Assembly (NCBI GenBank): GCA_964291265.2
Contig: OZ219747.1
Location: 2,784,001-2,848,000 of the forward strand
Origin: Alphaproteobacteria bacterium
GTDB lineage: Bacteria > Pseudomonadota > Alphaproteobacteria > SP197
DNA: 64,000 nt
Direction of reading: 5' to 3'
Shown one piece after another: positions 9,417 to 19,227 of this stretch; positions within the stretch are counted from its first letter, which is position 1, and each line of letters opens with the position of its first letter. The position numbers and the translations under genes were made by a program. The notes beneath the pieces were generated by a model. It saw only the letters and a list, made by a program, of their open reading frames with translations, was not told where the DNA came from and did not search any database.

Positions 9417-10829
9417 GTGATGTCCGAGATCAGGTACGTTTCGACCCGCGGAGGGACGGCAGAAGCAGGCTTCGAGGAAATCCTGCTGGGTGGATTGGCC
9501 CCCGATGGAGGTCTGTGGATTCCGCAGTCGTGGCCCTGGTTCGAGGCCCGGGACTTTCGGGCCATGCAGGGCATGACATACGCCGAGATCGTCGCGCGTG
9601 TCATGCAGCCCTTCGTCACCGGCTGGATCGGGCCGGACGAGCTGCTCTCGACGACGCGCCGGGCCTATGCGCGATTCGACCATCCGGCCGTCATACCCAT
9701 GGTGCAGACGGCGGACAACGGCTGGCTCCTCGAGCTGTTCCATGGTCCGACATTCGCCTTCAAGGACCTGGCCCTGCAGCTTCTCGCCCGGCTCATGGAC
9801 CGGGCGCTCGAGAAGAGGGGTGAGCGGGCCACCATTCTCGGGGCAACGTCGGGAGATACCGGCTCGGCGGCCATCGCCGGGTGCGCCGGGCGGCGCAACA
9901 TGGACATCTTCATACTGTTTCCCAAGGGCAGGGTAAGCGAGACCCAGCGGCGCCAGATGACCACGGTGGTCGCCGGCAATGTCCACTGTATCGCCGTTGA
10001 AGGGACGTTCGACGACTGCCAGTCCCTGGTGAAGACCATGTTCAGGGACGCCGTCTTCGCGACATCCCGCAGGCTGACGGCGGTCAACTCCATCAACTGG
10101 ACGCGGATCGTGGCGCAGGCGGCCTATTGCGTGGCCGCAGCCGTCCGCCTCGGCGCACCGGACCGCAAGGTGGCCTTCTCCATCCCTTCCGCCAATTTCG
10201 GCGCCTGTCTTGCGGCCTGGTGTGCTGTCAGAATGGGGCTTGGCGTTGACCGTCTGGTGGTGGCGACCAATGCCAACGATCTCCTGCACCGCTTCTTCCA
10301 GACCGGGCACTACACGCCCCGTGATGTCGTGGCGACTCTGTCGCCGAGCATGGACATCCAGATCTCGAGCAACTTCGAACGTCTTCTCTGCGAACTCTAC
10401 GATCGTGACGGCAGTTCCATCCAGCGCCTGATGGAACGCCTGCCACGTCTGGGATCGTTCGACGTGACGGCACGGGTTCTGATGCGGGCGCGTTCCATCA
10501 TCTCCAGCCATCGCCTTGATGACGACGGAATCATCGACGAGATGCGGCGCATGCGGCGCGAGCATGGCGTCATGGTGGATCCCCACACTGCCTGCGGTAC
10601 GGCGGCTGCACGCGAGGTCGGGATCGGTCCTGACGTGCCGATGATCACGCACGCCCAGGCCCATCCGGCAAAGTTCCCGGAAGCCGTTGCCGCTGCGCTG
10701 GGCGAACCGCCGGAAACACCTGCGAAACTCTCGGGAATTCGCGGACTGACGGAAAACATGACGATCTTGCCAAACGACCTCGATATCGTGCAGGGTTACG
10801 TCCGCGACAACACGGAGACGGACGGTTGA
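9417..10829 (+). CDS. thrC: Threonine synthase
   Basis: YVSTRG, LELFHGPTFAFKDLALQ, ATSGDTGSAA, AHPAKF. Confidence 0.97.
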   Translation: MMSEIRYVSTRGGTAEAGFEEILLGGLAPDGGLWIPQSWPWFEARDFRAMQGMTYAEIVARVMQPFVTGWIGPDELLSTTRRAYARFDHPAVIPMVQTADNGWLLELFHGPTFAFKDLALQLLARLMDRALEKRGERATILGATSGDTGSAAIAGCAGRRNMDIFILFPKGRVSETQRRQMTTVVAGNVHCIAVEGTFDDCQSLVKTMFRDAVFATSRRLTAVNSINWTRIVAQAAYCVAAAVRLGAPDRKVAFSIPSANFGACLAAWCAVRMGLGVDRLVVATNANDLLHRFFQTGHYTPRDVVATLSPSMDIQISSNFERLLCELYDRDGSSIQRLMERLPRLGSFDVTARVLMRARSIISSHRLDDDGIIDEMRRMRREHGVMVDPHTACGTAAAREVGIGPDVPMITHAQAHPAKFPEAVAAALGEPPETPAKLSGIRGLTENMTILPNDLDIVQGYVRDNTETDG

Positions 10830-10857
10830 TCGAGCGGTCGATGCCTGCCGGGCACTC

Positions 10858-12144
10858 TTGAGTCTGGATGTCACTCGCCTCGCTAACGGTCTGAGGATCG
10901 TCACCGACAGGGTCGAGGGCGTCGACTCTGCCGCGGTGGGTATCTGGGTCAATGTCGGCGCGCGCGACGAACCTGATCATCTCCAGGGTATCTCCCACCT
11001 TCTCGAACACATGGCCTTCAAGGGCACAAAACGACGCAATGCGCGCATGATTGCCCAGGAGATCGAGGATGTCGGCGGATACGTGAACGCCTACACCACC
11101 CGCGAGAACACGGCGTACCACGCCAGGGTTCTCGGGGACGACGTGCCGCTGGCCATCGACGTTCTCGCAGACATCCTGCAGAACTCCGTCTTCGACGAGT
11201 GCGAACTCACGAAGGAGCGGTGGGTGGTCGAACAGGAGATCGCCCAGGTTTTCGACACGCCGGATGATCTCGTCTTCGATCTCTTCCAGGAGTGCGCCTT
11301 TCCCGACCAGCCCATGGGGCGCTCCATCCTCGGCACGCCGGAGAGCCTTGCCGACATGACCAGGCAGACCCTGCTCGACCACATGACCGGCCACTACACC
11401 GCCGAGAGCATGGTGCTGTCGGCTGCCGGAGCCGTCGATCACGGAAAGATCGTCCGTCTGGCGGAGGACCGGTTCTGCGACCTGCCGCATTCCAACGGTC
11501 ATATGCCGCGTCCCGCCACCTATGCCGGAGGGGCCATCGACCACAGTGATGACGTCGAGCAGGTCCATCTCGTCATGGGATGCCCGGGGTTCGCAGTTCG
11601 TGATGACAACTACTACCCGGTCCAGTTCCTGAGCAATGCTCTCGGCGGCGGCATGTCGTCGCGTCTCTTCCAGGAGATTCGCGAGGACCGCGGACTCGCC
11701 TACGCCATCTACTCGTTTCACTCGGCCTTCGAAGACAGCGGTCTCTTTGGCATCTATGCCGGGTGTGCCGAAGCGGATGCCCGGGAGGTGACGAACCTGA
11801 TCGTCGATGCGATCGCGCGAACGGCGGACGGCCTTGCCGAAGACGAGATCGAACGGGCCCGCACGCAGATGAAGGCGGGACTTCTGATGGCGCGTGAGAG
11901 CACGACCGCGCGGTGCGAGGCACTGGCGCGCCAGATGCTCGTCTTCGGGCGCACCGTTTCGGAGGAAGAGATCATCGGCAAGATCGAGTCCGTGCGCGCG
12001 GCGGACATCCGCGAGTGTGCCGACGTCCTGTTCCAGGGCGTCCGTCCTGCAGTGGCCTGCATCGGACCCGAGGAGGGCATTGTTCCCTGCGGGCGAATCC
12101 TGTCGGGCCTGGGCAAGGGAGAGGGCGTGTGTTCGCCTTCATGA
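10858..12144 (+). CDS. M16-family zinc peptidase
   Basis: HLLEHMAFKGT (HxxEH), NAYTTRE, LGGGMSSRLFQEIRE. Confidence 0.95.
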   Translation: MSLDVTRLANGLRIVTDRVEGVDSAAVGIWVNVGARDEPDHLQGISHLLEHMAFKGTKRRNARMIAQEIEDVGGYVNAYTTRENTAYHARVLGDDVPLAIDVLADILQNSVFDECELTKERWVVEQEIAQVFDTPDDLVFDLFQECAFPDQPMGRSILGTPESLADMTRQTLLDHMTGHYTAESMVLSAAGAVDHGKIVRLAEDRFCDLPHSNGHMPRPATYAGGAIDHSDDVEQVHLVMGCPGFAVRDDNYYPVQFLSNALGGGMSSRLFQEIREDRGLAYAIYSFHSAFEDSGLFGIYAGCAEADAREVTNLIVDAIARTADGLAEDEIERARTQMKAGLLMARESTTARCEALARQMLVFGRTVSEEEIIGKIESVRAADIRECADVLFQGVRPAVACIGPEEGIVPCGRILSGLGKGEGVCSPS

Positions 12145-12746
12145 GGAAACAGGCGTCGCGGCAGCAGCCGGCCCTTCTCGAGAGCGCGAGGCTCGTCCTT
12201 CGCCCTCCTGCCATCGATGACTGGCCGCAATGGGCCAGGTTGCGCCATGAAAGCCGGGAGTTCCTGCAGCCTTGGGAACCGACATGGCCACGCAACGCCC
12301 TGACCAGAGGCGCCTTCACCCGAAACATCAAGCTGCAGGCGCGCGATCGTGAGGCCGGAACGGCTTTCAGCTGGTTTCTGATCCGGCGAGATGACGATGC
12401 GCTGATGGGTGGCGTGGCGGTGAGCGACATTCGTCGCGGCGTGGCAAGTTCGGGAACACTCGGATACTGGATTGGCCGTTCCTACGCCCGCCAGGGATAC
12501 ATGAGCGAGGCCGTGGAGGCGGTGATCGACCATGCCTTCGAAGGGTTCGGCCTGCATCGCCTCGAGGCAGCCTGCCTGCCAGCCAACGAGGCAAGCCGCC
12601 GGCTTCTTGCCTCCCGGGGGTTCAGCCTCGAGGGGATTGGCCGCAGCTACCTCAAGATCGACGGCGACTGGCGCGATCACCTGTTGTTTTCCCTGGTCGA
12701 TTTCGAATGGCGTTCCCCCGACCCGCTTCTCGGGCCGAAGCCCTGA
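12141..12746 (+). CDS. RimJ/RimL-family GNAT N-acetyltransferase
   Basis: FLQPWEPTW, LGYWIG...GYMSEAV, LHRLEAACLP.N.AS, W.DH; ATGA coupling with the peptidase gene. Confidence 0.92.
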   Translation: MRKQASRQQPALLESARLVLRPPAIDDWPQWARLRHESREFLQPWEPTWPRNALTRGAFTRNIKLQARDREAGTAFSWFLIRRDDDALMGGVAVSDIRRGVASSGTLGYWIGRSYARQGYMSEAVEAVIDHAFEGFGLHRLEAACLPANEASRRLLASRGFSLEGIGRSYLKIDGDWRDHLLFSLVDFEWRSPDPLLGPKP

Positions 12747-13064
12747 GAGCGTGAATCGCGGGTCCTTCCCGTCGTGGGTGGCATGCACCTGTCTCTCGCA
12801 TCGCAAGCGGGTGCGAGGACGGCAGGACTTTCCTACGCTACGGCTGATTTTTCGGGAAGCCGATGAATCGCGCCCGAATCGGCCATCTGATCTTTCGCGA
12901 GGCCGACGAATCGAGGCCGAATCGGGATGTCCTGGACGGATTCCGTGGCTTCAGTGCCGTCCGCATGGCGACACCGGCAGCGTTTTCGGCCCGGATGCTT
13001 GGTTCTTGATGTTCTAGCAGCGTTCCGGGGTCCCCGGACGCTCAAGGCGTCTCAGGGCCGGGTC

Positions 13065-15647
13065 CTGCCCATTAGTCACAAAAGGTGTCATTACAAGTGA
13101 ACTGAGAGGGGGTCTTCGCCACTGCCGCCGCCTGCCAGAAGCACGCCCGGCGATCGTGCGGACCGAATGCTTGACAAGACCAGCGCACCCTGTCAGGCTG
13201 CCCAACGTCATGGACTACACTCCCCTGCCGATCCGGTCAACATTGGACCAACCCGAGGCCCTGGCCCGGCTGCAGCCGATCCTGGATGGCTCGTCGAGCC
13301 GCTGGGCCGCAACCCGCGCCACCTGTGCCGCCTTTGCGCTGCGCGACGGGCGCGGACATCTGCGCCTGCAGAGCTGCCTGTCGGCGCTTGAAGCCCTGGA
13401 CCGGGCCGGGCGCATCCGGCTGCCGCCGGCGCGTCCGGGGCCGGCGCACCGGGCGCCGCGCACGGATCCCCGGACGCGGCCGGCGCCGCCGTTGCCGGAG
13501 GTCCCGGACCAGGCGGGGCAGATCCCCGACCTTGCGGTGTCGCCGGTGACCGACCGCGCCGGCAAGCACACGTGGGCGGCGATGATGGCCCGGGAGCATC
13601 CTCTCGGTCCGGTGCGGGCGGCGGGATCGCAGATCCGCTACGTCCTGACCTCGGGCGAGGGGGTTCTCGGCGGCTTCCTGTGTGCGGCGCCGACCCGTGT
13701 GCAGGCGGCGCGGGATCGCTGGATCGGCTGGACCCCGGCGCAGTGTGCGGCGGGGCGGCACCGCATCGTCGGCCTGGCGCGCTTCCTGATCCGGCCGGCT
13801 CTTGGGCGCTGCCGCAACCTCGCGTCGCGGGCGCTCGGCCTGTGCCTGCGCCGGGTGGTTGGGGACTACGAGGCCCTCTACGGTCTGCGTCCGGTACTCA
13901 TCGAAACGTATGTCGGTCCCGAGCACGACGGCACCAGCTGCCGGGCGAGTGGATGGATCCGGGTCGGGCAGACGGCCGGTCGCGACCGTCATCGCCGGCC
14001 GGTGGCGGTCAAGCAGGTCTGGCTACGCCCGCTCAGCACCGACTGGCGTTGGCAGCTGGGGGTCCGGGTGGAGCCGTTGACGCCGTGGGCGGGTCTGGAC
14101 AGCACCCGGTGGGCGGAGCAGGAACTGGCCGGAGCGGACTTCGGCGATGTCCGGCTGAGCCGGCGTCTTGTACAATCGGCTGCTCTGCTGGCGCAGACGC
14201 CTTCGAAGACCTTCGTGACCGCAGCCCGGGGAGATGCAGCGATGGTGACCGGCTATTATCGTCTGATTGAGCACCCCGATAGCGCCGCCGTCTCGGCACA
14301 GGCGATCCTCGCTCCGCATCGCAAGCGGACCCGTCAGCGGATCCAGGGACAGGACACGGTGCTGCTGATCCAGGACGGCTCCGACATCAACCTGGCGACG
14401 CACCAGGCCTGCGAGGGTCTCGGCGTGATCTCCCGCAACCGGGGATCCAAGGGCACTCTCGGTCTGCATCTGCACACGACCCTCGCCGTGGCGGCGGACG
14501 GCATCCCGTTGGGCGTGCCACGGATCGAGTTCGATGCGCCGCCGCTCGAGGGCGCCGCCGACGACGACCGTGACACCAAGACCCAGCGCTGGGTCCGGGG
14601 ACTGGAAGACAGCGGGGCCCTGATCGACGGATTGCACGAGGTTCGGGCCGTGGCCGTCATGGATCGCGAAGGCGATGCCTTCGAGGTCCTGGAGGCCTGG
14701 CGGCGCCTGGAAGGGCGGATCCACATCCTCGTGCGGGCCCGTCATGACCGCAGTCTCGGCAAGGGACGATTGAAGCTGTTCGAACGCATGCGCCGACAGC
14801 CGGTCCGGGAGGCCTGGACGGTATCGGTGCCGCGGTTGTCGGTACGGCGGGCGACGGGGTCGCAGTCGGCCTTCATCGGACGGGCCGCGCGCACCGCTCC
14901 CTGCGCCCTGCGCTGGAAGAGCCTCGAGATACCGGTTCCCGAAGGACGCGCCGAACCGGGCGCGCGGGCGATCCGCCTGTCACTGGTCCATGTCCAGGAA
15001 ACCGCCGATCCCGAGGACGGAGCGAAGCCGCTGGAATGGCTGCTCCTGACCTCGCTGCCGGTGAGCGATGCCTGCCAGGCCCGGGAAGTGGTCGGCTTCT
15101 ACGAGCGGCGCTGGCGCATCGAGGAGTTCTTCCGCATCCTCAAGTCCGGCTGCGACGTGGAGACGGGAGCCCATCGCACGCGGGAACGCGTCGAACGGGC
15201 CGTCGCCCTGCGCGCCGTCATCGCCTGGAGACTGTCGGTCCTGGCCCTGCTCGGGCGCGAGACGCCGGGGCTCGAGCCCGGGGTGCTGTTCTCCGAAGCC
15301 GAGCTGGCGGTGATCGCGGACTTTGCCCGGCAGCGCCGCCTGGAGGCGCCCGACAACCTCGGCGCCGCCATCACCCTCCTGGCCCGCATGGGCGGGTACC
15401 TCCAGCGCCGGCACGACGCACCGCCCGGCGCCCACGTGGTCTGGGAAGGATACAGCCACCTCGCGCTCGGCGCCGACATCGTCGAGCGGGCCCGGCAGGT
15501 CGGCCACCAGAGCGAGGTGAAGCGCTGGATCTCGGGCTGAGGGCTGAGGCAAGGGCGCCTCGACCCACACCTTTCGCTTACCTCACGGCACCCTCAATGT
15601 GTGGCAAAAGTGCACTTGTAATGACAGGGTTTGTGACTAATGGGCAG
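13065..15647 (+). mobile_element. IS4-family (IS50/Tn5-like) element
   Basis: 35-bp TIRs CTGCCCATTAGTCACAAA..., 32/35 identical; 8-bp TSD GCCGGGTC at 13057-13064 and 15648-15655. Confidence 0.93.
13210..15540 (+). CDS. DUF4338-fused IS4-family DDE transposase
   Basis: N-part ARDRWIGW, RFLI, NLASRALG, IETYV; C-part DFGDVRLSRRL, IQDGS, VMDREGD, YERRWRIEEFFRILK (YREK signature). Confidence 0.92.
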   Translation: MDYTPLPIRSTLDQPEALARLQPILDGSSSRWAATRATCAAFALRDGRGHLRLQSCLSALEALDRAGRIRLPPARPGPAHRAPRTDPRTRPAPPLPEVPDQAGQIPDLAVSPVTDRAGKHTWAAMMAREHPLGPVRAAGSQIRYVLTSGEGVLGGFLCAAPTRVQAARDRWIGWTPAQCAAGRHRIVGLARFLIRPALGRCRNLASRALGLCLRRVVGDYEALYGLRPVLIETYVGPEHDGTSCRASGWIRVGQTAGRDRHRRPVAVKQVWLRPLSTDWRWQLGVRVEPLTPWAGLDSTRWAEQELAGADFGDVRLSRRLVQSAALLAQTPSKTFVTAARGDAAMVTGYYRLIEHPDSAAVSAQAILAPHRKRTRQRIQGQDTVLLIQDGSDINLATHQACEGLGVISRNRGSKGTLGLHLHTTLAVAADGIPLGVPRIEFDAPPLEGAADDDRDTKTQRWVRGLEDSGALIDGLHEVRAVAVMDREGDAFEVLEAWRRLEGRIHILVRARHDRSLGKGRLKLFERMRRQPVREAWTVSVPRLSVRRATGSQSAFIGRAARTAPCALRWKSLEIPVPEGRAEPGARAIRLSLVHVQETADPEDGAKPLEWLLLTSLPVSDACQAREVVGFYERRWRIEEFFRILKSGCDVETGAHRTRERVERAVALRAVIAWRLSVLALLGRETPGLEPGVLFSEAELAVIADFARQRRLEAPDNLGAAITLLARMGGYLQRRHDAPPGAHVVWEGYSHLALGADIVERARQVGHQSEVKRWISG

Positions 15648-17590
15648 GCCGGGTCAGGGCGTTGATGGCCTCGCGACGGTCCAGTTGTAGGCGGCGCCGG
15701 GTTTCGGCGAGGCTTTCGGCCTCGCGGCGGTTGGCGAAGATCACCGCGAGCGCGATGTTGTTGAGGCTGGCCCGGTTCGCCGGGCCGTTGTCAGTGCGGG
15801 TCAGGCAGGCGTCTTCGCCGAAGACGCAATCCCTTTGTCGATGGTTCAGATTTTCCACGGCCCAGTGGCGGCGGTTCAGTCGCAGCAACTCTTCCGGCGA
15901 CGTGGCCCCCGTATCGAGAGAGGTGATGATGTAATCGGTTTCCGTGTAATCCTTCTCTTCTTCCTTCCCGGCATCGCCGGAGCCTTTCTTCCCGGCATCG
16001 CCGGGGCCTTTCTTCCCGGCATCGCCGGAGCCTTCCTTCCCGGCATCGCCGGGGCCTTCCTTCCCGGCATCGCCGGAGCCTTCCTTCCCGGCATCGCCGG
16101 AGCCTTTCTTCCACGGCTCCCGATAGCGGGTGATGCGGGCGACCTGACGGACGCCCGGATAGTTGATCAGACCGTCCAACGGGACGAGGACGCTGATCGA
16201 ACGCTGCTCCAGTCGACCGTGCGCCTTGTCGAACGGCTCCGTGAAGTGGCCGGTAGCGTCTTTTTGCCAATTGATGCTGTCGAGGATGGCGAAGGTCTCC
16301 GGGGCGTTGCCCTTGACGACGAAGACGTAATCCGCGCGTTGTGTGATCAGCTTCGCGGTATGGCGTGTCGTGTGCAGCGCGTCGAGGGTGATCACCTTGC
16401 CGCCGATGTCGCTGCGCTCCAGGAGATCGTGCATGGCCGCCAGTTCGCCGCCTTCGTCGTTGAAGTTCAGGAGGGAAAAGGGCGCGCCGGTCTCATGGTC
16501 GACAAGGGCCACGGTCTCTCAGACGGCCATCGCCGTTGCGGTTGGCGCCGCGGATGCGCTTGCCGTCGGCGGCGAGTGCACGGGCGAGGTGAAGCCGAGG
16601 CCGGGACCAGCGGGTGAGCACATCCTCCAGAGCCTCGGGGTCGATCGACTGGATAACCCGGTGGATGGTGGACTTGGAGACGGGCTCGCGAAGCCCCGTC
16701 TTCGGGTTAAGCCACGCGCCGATGGCCTCCAACTCCTCCTGGGACAGGGACCGCGCGAACTGCGCGGCGGCGACACAGCCCTTCATGTTGGCGAACTCGG
16801 CGAGCACGTGCACGGTGAGCACCGATGCCGCGGTATGCTTCCTTCCCTGCGCCCGGCGGAAGTCGGGAATGGCCGCGAGCTCGGCGTAGAGCGAGCGCAG
16901 CACCTTGGGGTCCCGGGGCGCCAGTTCGGGGCATGAGGGCGGCGCCACGTCGGGGGGAAGCGGCAGCGGGCTCGACAGCAGCGCCCGGGCATCGCGCCTC
17001 AGTGCCGTAACGTAGATATCCTTGGGCTTGCCGTGAGGATCGGTGTAACGCCCGTTGGAGCGGGCAAACCCCTTGGTCTCACCCAGACACGTCCAGCCCG
17101 CAGCCTTCAACATCGTGCCGGCAAAGATCTCCGGATCGCAGAACGTCTCCGCCAGCAGCACCCCGTGGCCGTGCACCTGCAGCCAATCGTCACAGAGCCG
17201 GCGCGTCATGCACGCAAGGAAACAGGAAGCAAGGTTCGCAAACACCCCGGGCTTGGAGAGGATCAAGAACCGCGTGTTGTTGGCTACCATCGAGAGCCGC
17301 TGGAACTGCTGCTCCGGCTTCCAGCCGGTCCACTGGTCGCGGGGAGCGCACTTGAAGGCGCCGTTCTGCCACGCCGCCAGCCCCAGCCAATGGCCCCTGA
17401 AGGTCGCAAGGTAGCGCAGACCGCGACCCGCCAGGCGACGGAAGCCGAGATAGTGGTGCTTGTTCATCAGCGCGTCCCACAGCGGACGCTCCTCCGGCCT
17501 CGCCAGGCGAACATCGACCTCAGACAGGGAAAAACCCTCAGGTGCTTCCTGATGGATCGGGACAGCTTCCATGAGCTTGCGAATCGACAT
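15637..17590 (-). pseudogene. DUF4338-fused ISAs1-family transposase, frameshifted near 16518 and interrupted in its last codons
   Basis: HHYLG, NNTRFLI, NLASCFL, ETFCD; then PDFRRAQGRKH, AADGKRIRG, ITLDALHT, VKGN, HWAVEN, D..FGED. Confidence 0.9.
15961..16112. repeat. 24-bp tandem repeat, 6 copies plus a partial, inside the ISAs1 transposase
   Basis: Unit TT(C/T)CTTCCCGGCATCGCCGG(A/G)GCC, encoding G(S/P)GDAGK(E/K) on the minus strand. Confidence 0.97.
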
Positions 17591-17850
17591 GACCGGACCG
17601 TCGCACATCCCAAGCGGGATGGCCAGCGGAAAATGTCCGCGCGCGTGCAACATACGAACGCCTGACGTCAAGTGAAATCAAGCGAATTCCAGCGTGGGAA
17701 GGCCTTGGCGAGGACGGCAGCAATGGGTGCATGCATGGCAGAAATCGGCAAGGATGGTCCTGTATCGGCCACGATCAGGTGGAATCGGCCCCTGCCGCAG
17801 TCTTCGAGATCCGGTCGTCCGACGGTGCGGATGGTACCGCCGGCGTCAGG

Positions 17851-18438
17851 TCAGTTCGGCTTGCCGGTGGCGCCCACGTCGGTGGCCAGCATGGCCGGGT
17901 CGATGCCGAGTTTCGTCAGCGCCCCCGTCCACTTGCTGGCGAGGTCACTGTGGAAGAGGAGCCCGGGATCGGCGTCGCAGACGAGCCAGCCGTTGTTCTG
18001 GATCTCGGCATCGAGCTGGCCAGGCGCCCACCCGGCATAGCCGAGGGCCAACAGACTGTTGCGGGGTCCGTCCCCCCGGATCATGGCCTTGAGGACATCG
18101 ACAGTGGCTGTGAGGGCGATGCCGCCGGAAATCTGCAACGTTCCGTCACGCATGTAGTCGTCGGAATGCAGCACAAACCCCCGCCCTGTCTCCACGGGAC
18201 CGCCGAAGTGCACGCGGATTGCATCGCCGCTGTCGCCTGGATCGAGACCGAGGCGTTCGACGACATCGCCGACGGTGATGCGCTCCAGTGACTTGTTGAC
18301 GACAAGGCCCATCGCCCCCTTGTCGCTGTGGGAGCACATGTAGATCACGGTCCGTTCAAATCGCGGATCACCGATCGTCGGCATGGCGATCAGACAACGT
18401 CCTTCGAGCTGACTGTCATCGTCGATTGGTTCGTTCAT
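17851..18438 (-). CDS. YqgE/AlgH family protein
   Basis: LIAMP..DPRFERTVIY, GAMGLVVN, GGPVE..RGFVLHS, LGYAGW. Confidence 0.95.
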   Translation of the reverse strand: MNEPIDDDSQLEGRCLIAMPTIGDPRFERTVIYMCSHSDKGAMGLVVNKSLERITVGDVVERLGLDPGDSGDAIRVHFGGPVETGRGFVLHSDDYMRDGTLQISGGIALTATVDVLKAMIRGDGPRNSLLALGYAGWAPGQLDAEIQNNGWLVCDADPGLLFHSDLASKWTGALTKLGIDPAMLATDVGATGKPN

Positions 18439-18581
18439 GAATCCATGTCCATGGCCGGGGGTCAGCATAGCCGTTGCGGCTGACCTTTGCATCTCCGGAG
18501 CCTGAGGGGGTTGAGGAAGGATGTCGGTCGGTCCATATACCATGACACAGGTCACCCAACCCGGACGAGAGGAACGAGACC

Positions 18582-19064
18582 ATGATGATCAGCGTCGGCG
18601 ACAACATGCCATCGGGAACACTTCACACCATGACGGCGGACGGTCCGGCACCGATCTCGACCGACGAGATCTTCGCCGGGAAGAAAGTCGTCCTCTTCTC
18701 CGTTCCCGGCGCCTTTACCCCCACCTGTTCGAACGAGCACCTGCCCGGGTTTGTCACCCATGCCGACGCGATCAGGGCCAGGGGCGTGGACACCATTGCC
18801 TGCATGGCGGTCAACGACGCCTTCGTCATGGGGGCCTGGGGTGAACTCCAGAAGGTCGGCGACAGTGTGGTCATGCTGGCCGACGGCAATGCCGACTACT
18901 CGAGGGCGCTGGGGCTGGAGCTCGATCTCTCCGGAGTCGCCTTCGGCGTGCGCGGCAAGCGGTTCTCGCTCCTCGTCGAGGATGGCGTCGTCAAGCAGGT
19001 CAATGTCGACGAAGACGGCTTTTCCGCGACCAGTGCAGAGACCATGCTTGAACAACTGGGCTGA
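18582..19064 (+). CDS. Peroxiredoxin (Prx5 type)
   Basis: VPGAFTPTCS..HLPG, VNDAFVM.AW. Confidence 0.95.
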   Translation: MMISVGDNMPSGTLHTMTADGPAPISTDEIFAGKKVVLFSVPGAFTPTCSNEHLPGFVTHADAIRARGVDTIACMAVNDAFVMGAWGELQKVGDSVVMLADGNADYSRALGLELDLSGVAFGVRGKRFSLLVEDGVVKQVNVDEDGFSATSAETMLEQLG

Positions 19065-19227
19065 CAGGTCCGGTTCGCCTGATCGGACCTGCGACCGGAT
19101 CCCGGCTGCCGAGAACCGGCCACCATGCTCCTCCGTTCTCCGGCACACAGGTGACGTGACGGGCGCCGCACGTGGCGTGCAGTGACTTGATCCTTTAGTA
19201 TCCCCGGCATTTCCGGGTGATCGGACA

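Larger units (their letters stand above)
12823..17707 (-). mobile_element. ISAs1-family element with a nested IS4-family element
   Basis: Imperfect TIRs CAGGACTTTCCTACGCT / CAAGGCCTTCCCACGCT; 10-bp TSD GCGAGGACGG at 12813-12822 and 17708-17717. Confidence 0.9.

Noticed and set aside
8547-10952. 801-aa minus-strand ORF (likewise 26946-28589+, 55824-57401-, 59331-60926-, 48848-50143+)
   Set aside because: Antisense shadows of well-supported genes in GC-rich DNA; no recognisable motifs.
15961-16112. Possible CRISPR array
   Set aside because: Repeats are contiguous with no spacers and lie in frame within a transposase.
16505-16530. Programmed frameshift in the ISAs1 transposase
   Set aside because: No obvious slippery heptamer; more likely a 1-nt indel (mutation or sequencing error).
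13210-17590. Druantia defence system
   Set aside because: DUF4338 domains are fused to transposases within TIR/TSD-bounded elements; no DruE helicase or other dru genes are present.
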